Virus record (IMG/VR): IMGVR_UViG_3300037827_000187
Coordinates: 2,026-66,025 of that record
Strand: one strand, 5' to 3'
Source: a virus
Lineage: Duplodnaviria; Caudoviricetes
Length of the DNA stretch: 64,000 nucleotides
Made by a program: the position numbers and the translations under genes. The notes under the pieces are model-generated. The model searched no databases, was not told the DNA's origin, and saw nothing but the letters and a program-made list of their open reading frames with translations. Of the stretch, positions 1 through 10,092 are shown in pieces (position 1 is the first letter of the stretch; every line of letters begins with the position of its first letter).

Positions 1-61
1 TTGATAGATAAGTGGGGCTTCCGGAAGTGGCTCAATTATGTAGCCGATCAACAGGAGCGAC

Positions 62-1228
62 GTGGGAGCAAACTTCGAAGAGGTGCTTAGATGCTTGCCA
101 AAGGACAGTTGGTTTTCGACATGGATGCAGTCTTGGCCTCTGGCCGAACCGCCAAAAAGTTATATCTTGTTCTCGGGGATGAGCATGCTGGGTGCAGCGC
201 TGGGCCGTTCGACTTGGTTCTCGCTAGACGTACATACAGTGTATCCCCTTATGAACCTCCTACTGATTGGACCGTCGGGGATTGGGAAATCTACCGCGCT
301 GAGAGATATGGCAGTGAATTGGCTGATCCAGCCCCTACCAGACAACGCGATGAAACCAAACGTCCTATCAGGGAAGATGACAAAGGAAGCACTCCATCAA
401 GATTTGATGGTCCAACCAAAGTCGATCATAATGGCGAGCGAGCTGGCCAATCTGTTCAGCAAGGAGAAATACCAGGAAGGAATGTTACCATACGTTACGG
501 ATCTCCTGGACTTAGCGCCGACTCGTATTCGGACGAAAGGGGACAACAGCCAAGTTATACAAAGGCCCGAATGCTGCATCGTTGGTGGTTCAACGAAGGC
601 GTGGCTGCAAGATATGTTACCGAATACGGCGGGAGAGGGTGGGTTCTTGCCCCGATTCCTGATCGTGAAGGAGGATTACAAAGCCCAGAGAGTAGCGAAT
701 CCTCGGAAGCACATGTCGGAAAAACAGCGCTCGGCATTAGATCAGCATCGGACAGTGATGCAGTACGAGTTCCACCGATTGATGAGAATGTCCGAAGGAC
801 CCGTTGATTTCGAAGACTATGATGCCTCAGACACTTATGAATACTGGTATCAAACTTATCAGCCAGACACTGGGGCTTTGGCTCCGTTTGCTGCTCGCGC
901 TGGTGCTCATATCCTTCGGATGGCGTTATTGTTGGCCGTTAGCTGTGGGAGGGATAGTATACGGGTTGATGACGTACTTTGCGCTATACAGCTATATATG
1001 TATACTGCAACCAAGCTCCAAGAAGTCATCGTGCCAATGTCCCCCCAAGGAAAACTCTTGATGAAGGTTCTGGACATAATCGGTGAGCAAGGGATGAGTG
1101 ATGTTCAAATAAGAAGGGCAATGAGGAATCATTGTGGGGCGGATGATACTGATAGGATCATAAACAACTTGTTGAAGTCCAAGGAGATCAGGATCGCTGA
1201 TGGAATCTTTCACCGAACGAGTGTCTAA
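62..1228 (+). CDS. P-loop ATPase, DUF3987/primase-associated helicase-like
   Basis: Walker A GPSGIGKST, Walker B-like IIMASE, GFLPRFL motif. Confidence 0.7.
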   Translation: MGANFEEVLRCLPKDSWFSTWMQSWPLAEPPKSYILFSGMSMLGAALGRSTWFSLDVHTVYPLMNLLLIGPSGIGKSTALRDMAVNWLIQPLPDNAMKPNVLSGKMTKEALHQDLMVQPKSIIMASELANLFSKEKYQEGMLPYVTDLLDLAPTRIRTKGDNSQVIQRPECCIVGGSTKAWLQDMLPNTAGEGGFLPRFLIVKEDYKAQRVANPRKHMSEKQRSALDQHRTVMQYEFHRLMRMSEGPVDFEDYDASDTYEYWYQTYQPDTGALAPFAARAGAHILRMALLLAVSCGRDSIRVDDVLCAIQLYMYTATKLQEVIVPMSPQGKLLMKVLDIIGEQGMSDVQIRRAMRNHCGADDTDRIINNLLKSKEIRIADGIFHRTSV

Positions 1229-1235
1229 GGGTAAT

Positions 1236-1463
1236 GTGGATAAGTTGGCCATCATCCTTACTAATCAGGATGACGACGTAGTCAAAATCCACGTAATGGT
1301 CAAGTTGATTGGTGAACGCTTTGCCTACGAGGCGGTATTCAAGAGTTCCCTGGATATCATGGATCCTGATTCATCCACACTTGATCACTTCTTCCGCGAG
1401 GCGAAGAAACGTATGCGCGAGGTACTAGAGGGCAAGAAAGAATTAAACGCAATTATAACCTAG
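1236..1463 (+). CDS. Hypothetical protein
   Basis: Fills the gap between the ATPase and the phosphoesterase; GTG start at 1236 inferred. Confidence 0.5.
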   Translation: MDKLAIILTNQDDDVVKIHVMVKLIGERFAYEAVFKSSLDIMDPDSSTLDHFFREAKKRMREVLEGKKELNAIIT

Positions 1464-1469
1464 GAGCCT

Positions 1470-2243
1470 ATGCCAAATAAAATAAAGCGATACGTGGTTG
1501 GAGCTGATCTTCATTTTCCCAAGATCTCCAAGCCAACTGTAGAAGCATTCTTTGATGTGATTAAAGATATTAAACCGGATGGGGTGATCCTGCAAGGGGA
1601 TCAGTTCGACAATGAAGAGATCAGTCATCACAATGCAAACAAGCCCCTCTACAAGGAACGCCGTTCGTTCCTAAAGAATCAGGAGGCCTTTGATGATGAG
1701 TTCCTTACACCTCTTGAGAACATGACTTCAGATTTTTGTGAACTCATATGGATTATTGGAAATCACGATGACTGGGAGTTTCAATTTGTTGAATCGCATC
1801 CAGAGCTTGAGGGAGTGGTGGATCGAGTGGCGGCGCTGCACTTGGTGGATCGAGGGTGGGAGATTGTCCCCTTGGGACACGCCAAGAAGATTGGAGAATT
1901 GAATGTCATTCATGGGGAGATCCTCACTGGAATTGGAAACCAAGCAGGAATGTATCCGGGACGAAAGGCTGTTGAGATTTATGGAAGCAATGTTCTCGCA
2001 GCCCATACCCATGCCCCCCAGTCATTCTCCAAGATTAGTCCTGTGGAAGTCAAGAAGAAGTATATGGGATGGATTGCACCAATACTTGGCGCAACTAATC
2101 CAGGATATTTAAGGAACCGGCCCACGGCATGGCTTAATGGTTTTACGATTGTAGAGGTTAGAGAGAAGGGATTGTTCAACTTGTATCCGGTGATTGTTGT
2201 TGATGGGGAGTGTTCGTATGGGGGGAAAATCTACGGAGGGTAG
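1470..2243 (+). CDS. Calcineurin-like metallophosphoesterase
   Basis: DLH, GD, GNHD, HG and HTH motifs in canonical order; GGAG RBS. Confidence 0.88.
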   Translation: MPNKIKRYVVGADLHFPKISKPTVEAFFDVIKDIKPDGVILQGDQFDNEEISHHNANKPLYKERRSFLKNQEAFDDEFLTPLENMTSDFCELIWIIGNHDDWEFQFVESHPELEGVVDRVAALHLVDRGWEIVPLGHAKKIGELNVIHGEILTGIGNQAGMYPGRKAVEIYGSNVLAAHTHAPQSFSKISPVEVKKKYMGWIAPILGATNPGYLRNRPTAWLNGFTIVEVREKGLFNLYPVIVVDGECSYGGKIYGG

Positions 2244-2663
2244 ATGAATATATATTTGGCTGCATCTTTCAAACTAAAGGATGAGCTTCGTGAATATGCT
2301 AAGGAACTTCGACGCCTTGGCCATGAAGTAACGTCTCGTTGGTTACGAGAGCGCGCGCATCCTAAAACTCAGATGAAACCAACTGATGACTACGGGGAGC
2401 ATGCTTTGCGCGATCTAGAAGATATTGACCGTTCAGATCTGTTTGTGATATTCAATGTTGATCCCCGGAAAAATATCAAGCGAGGTGGCAAACACTTTGA
2501 AGCAGGTTATGCATATGCAAGCCGAATCCCTATCATCGTTATTGGTCCCAACGAAAATATCTTCTATTGCCTACGAACCATCACCAAATACAAATCCTGG
2601 GAGGACTTTATTGGAGACCGATCCGAATGGAATTGGGAGGAACCAGCCCGGCGCGAAGCTTGA
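2244..2663 (+). CDS. Nucleoside 2-deoxyribosyltransferase-like / nucleotide N-glycosidase
   Basis: IYLAASF...RDLEDIDRSD...GGKHFEAGYAYA..IPIIVIG. Confidence 0.8.
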   Translation: MNIYLAASFKLKDELREYAKELRRLGHEVTSRWLRERAHPKTQMKPTDDYGEHALRDLEDIDRSDLFVIFNVDPRKNIKRGGKHFEAGYAYASRIPIIVIGPNENIFYCLRTITKYKSWEDFIGDRSEWNWEEPARREA

Positions 2664-2943
2664 TGCGGGCAAAGTTCCGGTGCTTAGAGGAGCACTTCAA
2701 TACTTTCCAAGAGCTATCAAAGAGCTGGCAAAGATTTCCGAGGTAGGCTCAAAAAAGTATTCTTGGAAGGGATGGGAGAAAGTGCCGGATGGAATAAATA
2801 GGTATGGTGACGCATTAGCTAGGCATCTCTTGGCAGAAGAAATTGAGGGACCGATTGACGCAGATACCCAATGTCTCCATGCTGCCCAGGTAGCATGGAA
2901 TGCGATGGCAAGATTGGAATTGATCTTAAGAAACGCATCTTAA
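2611..2943 (+). CDS. DUF5664-like dATP/dGTP diphosphohydrolase domain protein
   Basis: GAKLDAGK, G..KY...W, RY.DALARHL, LHAAQVAWNAM; TTG start at 2611 after GGAGGA. Confidence 0.8.
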   Translation: METDPNGIGRNQPGAKLDAGKVPVLRGALQYFPRAIKELAKISEVGSKKYSWKGWEKVPDGINRYGDALARHLLAEEIEGPIDADTQCLHAAQVAWNAMARLELILRNAS

Positions 2944-2958
2944 TCTCTTGGCAGAAAC

Positions 2959-2990
2959 AAAAAAGCCCCGGTTTTATCCGGGGCTTTCTT
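2959..2990. terminator. Bidirectional intrinsic terminator
   Basis: AAAAAA-GCCCCGG-ttttat-CCGGGGC-TTTCTT between convergent genes. Confidence 0.85.
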
Positions 2991-3004
2991 ATTGCACGTT
3001 CCTG

Positions 3005-3379
3005 CTATTTTAGACGCTTGCGTTCACCTGTGTATTGATACTTGTTCTCTTTGCGCGCGAAGGGTCGAAAGGGATTGAAGTCCAAAGGAACCAGATCATT
3101 CCATTGCATCCATCTGAACCATGCCGAGCCTACAGAATAGAATCTATAAGGGGCCGTAGTCTTAGTTGTCTTGATAATCCACGCGATGTAGGCTTCAACA
3201 TCACTTCGAAGAATGTCAGTGGGTTCTTTGTCTGGGCCAAAGAATTTGACCATTCGATCAAGGATGCGACTGTAATTTAACCATGTCTGCCTATTACGAA
3301 GGCTTAACTCATATGGAGCTTGACACTTGATCAATGTAACAGGCGGCTCGATCACTACCTTGCCATCTTTAAGTTCCAT
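3005..3379 (-). CDS. Stand-alone tyrosine-integrase SAM-like/core-binding domain protein, no catalytic domain
   Basis: R..T..NY...L....KFFG......DI...DV..YI...F.WM...LV..NPF pattern; only 124 aa. Confidence 0.6.
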   Translation of the reverse strand: MELKDGKVVIEPPVTLIKCQAPYELSLRNRQTWLNYSRILDRMVKFFGPDKEPTDILRSDVEAYIAWIIKTTKTTAPYRFYSVGSAWFRWMQWNDLVPLDFNPFRPFARKENKYQYTGERKRLK

Positions 3380-3440
3380 AGGAAAAAGGGGCCGCCACTC
3401 CCGACCCCATGCGGAGACCTAGTAAAGTCTCGTCATAGAT

Positions 3441-3470
3441 TTAGACCCCGGCAGGACTGTAAAGGTAACA
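3441..3470 (-). promoter_or_regulatory. Putative phage ECF-sigma promoter, copy 1
   Basis: Minus strand TGTTACCTTT-acagtcctgc-CGGGGTCTAA. Confidence 0.65.
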
Positions 3471-3471
3471 T

Positions 3472-6400
3472 CTATTTGCCAAGTTCTTCGAGTTTGCGTT
3501 CGGCTTCTTCTTGCTGTTCGGGGAGGAGCTTGGGGAGGGTGTCCAATTTAAGAAGGGGAAAGAGCTGAGCTTTCTCCTCGGGCTTAGCATACTTGGATAG
3601 GATATCTAGTTGATTGGTCAGGGGGATGGATTTGAATTCCCGCTGGAACGGAGACAGATGATCCTCAGACTCGTCTATCAGCTTCATTGCGTCATCACCA
3701 GTTATACGGCCTGTGGCCAAGGCTCGGCCTAGACCCTCACCATCGAACTTCCCGTGGTCCATTTGATACCGAAGCTGATACATGGTTTGGCGGCGGGTGA
3801 ACTCGGCAGTGGTTCGAGGGCCAATAGCCCACTGGCGCTTGGCGTAGTCGAAGGTTTCTTGCTCGGCCTTGGTCTGGCCTACCCACTTGGGAGCAGGGAA
3901 GAAGCCCGCTTCGCCCGCAGCAAAGTGCTCGGCTGTACTGCGCCAGTCACCAGCAGACTTGTCATACTGTTGTAAGCCACTTTGAAAAGGCAGAGGAATG
4001 TTGTGCAGGGTGAGATACTTGCCTAGCTCGGCAGCCTGCTGAACAGGGGTATCGCCCTTGTGCCGGATCTCCGTGCCATAGTAATCTTGGTTGGTCCACA
4101 TCTCATATGTTTGTTGCATCAGAGGATGGATCTTATTGAGGAAGCTGTCTCCCTGACGTTCGCTTTGGTTCAAGGAACGGATGGCAGAGAAGGCTTCCTT
4201 GTGGTAACCTGGCAGGGAGATCTTGGCTCCCTCAGGACCTGGGTAGAAATAATCTTCCAGCTTCTGTGGAGCCGCACCAGTCATGCCATAGTGCATGATA
4301 GCGCCCATGGTCCCGACAACCATCGGGAGGGCCATGACATAAGCGGCTTTGGCGGAGAGATCTGTGGGCTTGCCGCCCAGGGCCTGGGCTGCCTTACCTA
4401 CGCCGAACTTGCCAACATCCAAGGTACCACCGAAGAGTTCGGACAAAGTTCCCCAGTTCCATCCGACGGATCGCACCGTTAATTGGGCCAGGTCCCTGGC
4501 GGTCTTATTCCAGAACCGATTGTCATATCTAAGCAGACCAAAACGATTGTCTACAGAATCCCAGGTTCGCCCAACCTCAGTGCGGATCTGATCGGGGCTG
4601 GCCCCCTTAGACAGGAGACTATCATACTGCTCCATGGCCATTTTGGTGAAGGCGCCCATCTTTAGATTGGGAACATAGTTCTGCATCAACCACTTAGAGG
4701 AAAACTCCGCCAGGGCAGGTAACCCCGTTTTTAGCGAGGATACTACGTCTCCGTCCTTGAATGCCTTCTTGAAGGCAGCCGTCCGCTGACCTTCCTGGAG
4801 GAGGTTCTGAGAACCTATCCCACCACCCACATCCTCCATTAGATCAGCATACTTGCCCAGGAAGGGATAGGTGCCAGGGACGGTCCACTCTTCTCGCATC
4901 ATGTTGCCGAGGCGGTAGGTGTCGATCGAGGAGGGGACGATGCTCAAGCCCTTCATCATGGAACCAAAGCCCTTCATGGGCTTGCCATAGTTGAACATCT
5001 GCTGGAGGCCCAGGGCGACATCACTAGTGGCCGCACCAGCAACGGAGGTAAAGGTAAAGTGGAAACCACTGAAGCCAAGCTGGATCATGTTCTGGGTGTC
5101 GGCCAGGTTTCGGAGGGGATCATATATTGCGTTGCCCCTCAGCCCGGGTTTCATCCACCGATTAAAGATCTTGGCGATGTCTGGGTGAGCCCAGTAGTTG
5201 CCGTATTCCACCAAACCCCCCTGGCCGGGGACTCGTGGCTTGAATATAGAGTCATCAATCATCCGCCAGCCCTGGGGACGGGTTGCCCCGACCTTGGCCC
5301 ACTGGACTAGACTCTTGTCTTTGAACTCCTCGAAGGCCTTGTGGGCGCTGATGTACTTGACGATCTGGTTCATCACCAGCATCTGCATCTTGACAGGGTT
5401 GTTGGTAACGGGCTCTGCCCCGTGGCCGATGCTCTCATCAATCCAATCATTAACACGCGACCTGGTGAAGGCCTTGCCTCCTTCAAAGGGTTGCTTAGAA
5501 AGGATCATGCTTTGAGCCGTCAACTGACCATTCTTCCCTTTAAACAATCGTCCAAAGTAGTTCTCGATACCCGGGCCAAACTTATCAGGATTGATTTGCT
5601 GAAGGGTAGGCCAGAGGATGTTCTGGTAGATGTCCTGAAAGCTATCAGCCACGGCCTGATCCTGGGCATTGAGGAAAGTTGACCCAGGCTTGCGTTCGGC
5701 GGCGTTGTTAAACCTAATCAAGTCTTGGATCGAGTCACCCTCATGGCTCATCATAACTTCGTGGAACTTGGTGTAGAGCTGATCTATGGAGCGGGCGCGC
5801 TCACCGAACACACTACGCATGATGTTCCGGCCTTGTTGCCCCTCGGGAGTTATGGATCCCCCTAGGGTCTGAAGGATATTGCCTACTATGTGGTTCGTCC
5901 CAGAGACCGCTCCTGCGGTCTTGTTCCACATGTTGAAGGCGCCCTTTTCTCGTTCGATCTTATTGCGGGCCATGGTCTCGGCGGTTCCCTTGGCCATTCC
6001 CTTCTTCATGTAGTTCTGGACTAGGTCATTGTAGAGGGTGGAATCTGCTAGGCCTTGTTCTGGTGTAGGCTGGGCAGCTTTTACATCCTCGCTCAAAACG
6101 GGGTTCGCTGCTCGGTCCTCGATCCTACGTCCAAGGTTCTGTCCAGGCGAGGCTAGACCTCGACGTTCCATGTCCTTGTCGATGGTTTCCATGGCCGCAG
6201 GATCGGTGACCCGCATGGCGCCCTCTAGCTTCTGTAAGGGAGGAAGGGGTTCTATCGGGGATCTCTCGGCGGGAGGAACGGGTTCTCCTGGTCCCTTGGT
6301 TGCTTCGGCGGCTTGAACGGGTTCCGGACTCTCGCGGGGCGTGGGCTTCTCGGCGGCTCCCCGAACTTCGGGCTGCGCGGATGTTTGATTGTCCAAGCGT

Positions 6401-8100
6401 TCGACACGGAACTTGCCTGCTTTCTCGGTGATCTTAAAGTTGCCCTTGCCATACAACTTGACTCCGGCTTGGGTAGCGGAGCGGGCATAGTTGAAGGCTT
6501 TCTCTTCGATGGGGACCTCGGGTTTGGGGGGCTTGACTCCCTCCTTGGAGAGGACCATGTATCTACTTATTGTAGAGGGATCTATCTGCTTGCCCTTGGC
6601 AATGGCAGCTGCCACCTCGGATGTCTTGGTGTGTTCGTCCATCACGGAGAGCATCCTGTCAGTAAGGTACTTCGCTCCCCACTGGCGAACGATCATCTCC
6701 TTGGCATCCTTGGGTTTGGCGCCTTCGATGAACTGTTGGATGTCTTGGGGAAGGGTGTCTACGAATCCTTTGGGGATGGTGGGCAACTCATGCCCGGCGA
6801 TCTTGGTGAACTCTGCTCGGCTGATCTGATCGGCCCCTGGCTTTAGTCCAGAGAAGGATAGTTTACCTTGGATGAGATCATTGGTTACGTTACGAGCGCG
6901 AGCAAGCTGGGCACCCTTCTCATCAAGGTTAGTGCGCAGGGATGCTAGGGTGGCGTCTACATCCTCACGGGTGGCGTACTGCCCCCATGTGGTAAGGGCA
7001 CGCAGCCCCTCGGTTTTAACCTGGTCTATGCGGACAGGATCCGCTCCGGCTTCCTTTAACTTGGCTACATCATTCATGGCGATTTGATACCGCTGCATGT
7101 GACGATTGGCCATGGTTGGAGCATCTGGATAAGGCGAACGATCCACCATGGTTTGACCGGTTCCGGTCAGGGTGAGCTTGCGCTTGAGATAGTCGGGCTT
7201 CTCGCCTGCGGCAAACTCTGGGGATTCAACGGTCTTGGTAGATTCTAAACGAGCAACCTTACGACGCAGGGCCTCGTAGTCTGCACTACCGGGAGTGGGT
7301 GAAGAGGGGGCTGCCTCCACAGGTGCGGGCTTAGGAGCCTCAATCCTGGCCTCAGGTGTCTTGGGTGTTTCAATCTTAGCAGCCTCTCTAATAGGGGCAG
7401 CGTGGGTTTCCCCCTTGACAGATTCAATCTTGGTAGGCTCAACACGAGCCTCTCCTCGAAGCCAACTACCAAGGCCGCTAGTTAATCCACCGGCAGCAGA
7501 GCCAGCTACTCCCCAGAATTCCTGAGCCTCAGGTGATGCACCAGCAGCCTTGGCCGCACGGCTTCCTGCCTCACCGCCCACTATGGAACCGCCTAGACCA
7601 GTCGCCATGGCCACTGGGGCTTCAAGTCCTCCGGCGATCATCAAGGGAGTCGCGGCTTCAAACAAGCCACTAGCCGCATGCGCAGTGCCTTCAGCCAATG
7701 GCCGAATGGGATGCATGGGATTGAGTTCGCGGGCCGAGGCAACTTCTCCAACACCTTGCGCAATCTTGGAATAACCACCAAGACCCAAGGCATCTCCCGC
7801 GCCTACACCTCGGGAAATTCCATAAGGGGTTTGTGTATTCACCAAGGGAAGCTTGCTTGCGGTATCAGCAATGCGACTCCAAGTAGAAGGCTCATAGGAA
7901 TCGCTTGTGGCTCCGGGGATCGGACCCAGGGGCCTTTGCAAAGCAGGGAGCTGCGGACTCGCAGGCCCCGAAGGCAATTGAAGCTCCGGCCCCCGCTTGG
8001 GAGGATAGAGCTTCTGCATTGCTTGCGTGATCTGATCCCGACTCATCGTGTCCGGGAAGTCGATGAAACCTTCCGGACCTTGGATACGTTGATTGGGCAT
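3472..8100 (-). CDS. Large internal virion / DNA ejection protein (1542 aa)
   Basis: Size, helical Ala/Gly-rich composition, last gene of the podoviral morphogenesis block. Confidence 0.65.
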   Translation of the reverse strand: MPNQRIQGPEGFIDFPDTMSRDQITQAMQKLYPPKRGPELQLPSGPASPQLPALQRPLGPIPGATSDSYEPSTWSRIADTASKLPLVNTQTPYGISRGVGAGDALGLGGYSKIAQGVGEVASARELNPMHPIRPLAEGTAHAASGLFEAATPLMIAGGLEAPVAMATGLGGSIVGGEAGSRAAKAAGASPEAQEFWGVAGSAAGGLTSGLGSWLRGEARVEPTKIESVKGETHAAPIREAAKIETPKTPEARIEAPKPAPVEAAPSSPTPGSADYEALRRKVARLESTKTVESPEFAAGEKPDYLKRKLTLTGTGQTMVDRSPYPDAPTMANRHMQRYQIAMNDVAKLKEAGADPVRIDQVKTEGLRALTTWGQYATREDVDATLASLRTNLDEKGAQLARARNVTNDLIQGKLSFSGLKPGADQISRAEFTKIAGHELPTIPKGFVDTLPQDIQQFIEGAKPKDAKEMIVRQWGAKYLTDRMLSVMDEHTKTSEVAAAIAKGKQIDPSTISRYMVLSKEGVKPPKPEVPIEEKAFNYARSATQAGVKLYGKGNFKITEKAGKFRVERLDNQTSAQPEVRGAAEKPTPRESPEPVQAAEATKGPGEPVPPAERSPIEPLPPLQKLEGAMRVTDPAAMETIDKDMERRGLASPGQNLGRRIEDRAANPVLSEDVKAAQPTPEQGLADSTLYNDLVQNYMKKGMAKGTAETMARNKIEREKGAFNMWNKTAGAVSGTNHIVGNILQTLGGSITPEGQQGRNIMRSVFGERARSIDQLYTKFHEVMMSHEGDSIQDLIRFNNAAERKPGSTFLNAQDQAVADSFQDIYQNILWPTLQQINPDKFGPGIENYFGRLFKGKNGQLTAQSMILSKQPFEGGKAFTRSRVNDWIDESIGHGAEPVTNNPVKMQMLVMNQIVKYISAHKAFEEFKDKSLVQWAKVGATRPQGWRMIDDSIFKPRVPGQGGLVEYGNYWAHPDIAKIFNRWMKPGLRGNAIYDPLRNLADTQNMIQLGFSGFHFTFTSVAGAATSDVALGLQQMFNYGKPMKGFGSMMKGLSIVPSSIDTYRLGNMMREEWTVPGTYPFLGKYADLMEDVGGGIGSQNLLQEGQRTAAFKKAFKDGDVVSSLKTGLPALAEFSSKWLMQNYVPNLKMGAFTKMAMEQYDSLLSKGASPDQIRTEVGRTWDSVDNRFGLLRYDNRFWNKTARDLAQLTVRSVGWNWGTLSELFGGTLDVGKFGVGKAAQALGGKPTDLSAKAAYVMALPMVVGTMGAIMHYGMTGAAPQKLEDYFYPGPEGAKISLPGYHKEAFSAIRSLNQSERQGDSFLNKIHPLMQQTYEMWTNQDYYGTEIRHKGDTPVQQAAELGKYLTLHNIPLPFQSGLQQYDKSAGDWRSTAEHFAAGEAGFFPAPKWVGQTKAEQETFDYAKRQWAIGPRTTAEFTRRQTMYQLRYQMDHGKFDGEGLGRALATGRITGDDAMKLIDESEDHLSPFQREFKSIPLTNQLDILSKYAKPEEKAQLFPLLKLDTLPKLLPEQQEEAERKLEELGK
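4721..4740 (+). repeat. Dispersed motif copy 1 (orientation A)
   Basis: AACCCCGTTTTTAGCGAGGA, inside a CDS. Confidence 0.8.
6086..6105 (-). repeat. Dispersed motif copy 2 (orientation B)
   Basis: TCCTCGCTCAAAACGGGGTT, inside a CDS. Confidence 0.8.
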
Positions 8101-9401
8101 TAGTAGTGTACAGTTCCTGTTGCCGGGTCATAAGTCCCGACAGCACCTCCGGCTGCGCCACCCATAGGATTGGGGTTCATGATCTGTTGGCGTTGTTGGT
8201 TGATTTGATCGAGCTGGGTTTTGCGACGGCTGTCAACTTCGCTCTTAATATCTTTAAGAAGAGTCTTCTGATGGGCCGCTACCCACTGGGGATCTCCTAA
8301 AAGGGAAAGCCGGACTTGCTGATCGAAAGCTTTAGAGTTGGTTTGCTTGAGCTGATCATCAAGAGGTTTGATGGCTTCTTTTTGTTGGGGGGTCATGCCA
8401 CCAACACTACTAGCCTGACCCAGTGGAACTAAGTTCGTGGTGTCCATCCCAGGGCGAAGTTCAACAGTTTTGTGGGTGGTTTTGTCCACCATCAAAGCTT
8501 GTTGCTCGCGCTGTGGCCGTTCAGGCATCTGACTCTTGTCTCGCCATTCCTTTTGCCATGCTCCTATCTCATTAGATCCAGGCATAGTACCTTGATGAGT
8601 ATCCATATACTCTGTTTGCTTGGCGTCAAAGAACCGCTTAGCGGGATCTAACTCTGCCATCTTCGATGCTTTAGGACTGAACATCGGATTAGGGGTTAGA
8701 TTGGTTTGCCCGGTGGTGTTGTCGGTAGTAGCAATATACGGATCCATTTGGCTCACACCGAAGGATCGGAAGTCATGGTCCGGCCGCCCAAGCTTTTGAT
8801 TCTCGGCCCTTAGATGTTCAATATCTGCGGCTTGTAGATCTCGATGTTGCTGTCTGTCTATGATTCCTTCCATCATGTTAGCTGCTTGGAAGGGGCGCTC
8901 GAACTGCTTATTAATCATTCCCTGTCGAGCCATGCGGCCCTCAATCAAGCCCCCAGCAACATTGGATATACCTTCTCCCCAAGTGTCTGCTCCCCGCGTA
9001 GCGGCAGCCCCGAAGAGACCACCTTCCAGCATCCCGGCTACTTTAGGATGCCGTCCAAAGAAGCCCGTGTTGGGCAATATCGCATTAGGATTGACATCCT
9101 TCGGGGCGATGGGGCTTAGACCATATTGGCCTAGATAACTCTGGGCGGCTTGCCTGGCCGCAGGGTCATAAGTAAACTGGGAATAATCCGGCTGCCCGGC
9201 TTCTTGTCCGAGCATTGAGGAGAGCATGGGATTAGCTCCCAGGCCTCCTCCGTGACCGTAGCCCGGCTGTCTCATATGCGGCACATCTGATCGTTGCATC
9301 CGATCAGACATACTCATCATACGCATCATCCGGTATTCATTCATACCAGCTGTGTCTTGGAGACCGCCGTAAGCTTCGAAGGGGTTACTAGGATTTGCCA
9401 T
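8100..9401 (-). CDS. Internal virion / ejection protein
   Basis: Start re-placed at MANPSNPF (9401); Gly/Gln/Met-rich; position in the ejection cluster. Confidence 0.55.
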   Translation of the reverse strand: MANPSNPFEAYGGLQDTAGMNEYRMMRMMSMSDRMQRSDVPHMRQPGYGHGGGLGANPMLSSMLGQEAGQPDYSQFTYDPAARQAAQSYLGQYGLSPIAPKDVNPNAILPNTGFFGRHPKVAGMLEGGLFGAAATRGADTWGEGISNVAGGLIEGRMARQGMINKQFERPFQAANMMEGIIDRQQHRDLQAADIEHLRAENQKLGRPDHDFRSFGVSQMDPYIATTDNTTGQTNLTPNPMFSPKASKMAELDPAKRFFDAKQTEYMDTHQGTMPGSNEIGAWQKEWRDKSQMPERPQREQQALMVDKTTHKTVELRPGMDTTNLVPLGQASSVGGMTPQQKEAIKPLDDQLKQTNSKAFDQQVRLSLLGDPQWVAAHQKTLLKDIKSEVDSRRKTQLDQINQQRQQIMNPNPMGGAAGGAVGTYDPATGTVHY

Positions 9402-9402
9402 A

Positions 9403-10092
9403 TTATTGGAACATCGCCATTTGAAGTGGGTTAAAACCCGAAGATCCAGGAACTGTCCCGAAGACTCCGGATGGCCCGGAAGGTGCGCCTGCAAAGACAG
9501 ACCCTCCACTCGAAGGTATAGATTGCGGAGCTTGTGGACTAGAACCTCCACCCCCAAAGAGACTGCCGAGACTGCCCATGTTGCCTGTGGCCATCCCAAG
9601 TCCAGCTCCCAAGAGCTGAGGCAACCAGGTACCTGTCCCGGAAGTGGTCGTGGTGCTGTTTGAGGTTCCGGTACCACTTGATCCAGTGATCTGCGGCGAG
9701 AAGCTCATAGCTTGACCGGTGGCTCCCATCTGTCGATTGAAAGCATTCATGATGTTTGACAAGTTCGCTTGGGACATCATAGATAGATTGGATCGTCCGG
9801 TTTGAGCCTTCTGTGCGCCCAACCATCCAGCTCCTGCTTGGCCCGTTAAACCAGAGACCTTCTGATTTTGGCCGAGAACTCCCATGGCTTGTTGGCCCAT
9901 GGCACTAGCACCAGCTTGCCCTTGACTACGCCCAAGATTGTAGAAAGGATTATTAAGGGGGTTGTTCATGTACTGTTGAAGTACATTACCGCCTCCTTGG
10001 GTCAAGGCGTTATAAATACCTTCAGCCCCTGGATTAAATTGTAGGGCATTGGTGCTAGATTGATTGCTATTCGTGTTCTGCTTTGTGGACAT
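9403..10092 (-). CDS. DNA pilot/transfer-like internal protein
   Basis: Gly/Ser/Gln-rich with a LLGAGLGMATG segment; position. Confidence 0.55.
   Translation of the reverse strand: MSTKQNTNSNQSSTNALQFNPGAEGIYNALTQGGGNVLQQYMNNPLNNPFYNLGRSQGQAGASAMGQQAMGVLGQNQKVSGLTGQAGAGWLGAQKAQTGRSNLSMMSQANLSNIMNAFNRQMGATGQAMSFSPQITGSSGTGTSNSTTTTSGTGTWLPQLLGAGLGMATGNMGSLGSLFGGGGSSPQAPQSIPSSGGSVFAGAPSGPSGVFGTVPGSSGFNPLQMAMFQ

Noticed and set aside
1-90. 3' end of an upstream gene (LIDKWGFRKW...RRGA*)
   Set aside because: Too short to assign
3005-3379. Functional integrase marking a prophage boundary
   Set aside because: No catalytic domain, and phage genes continue on both sides
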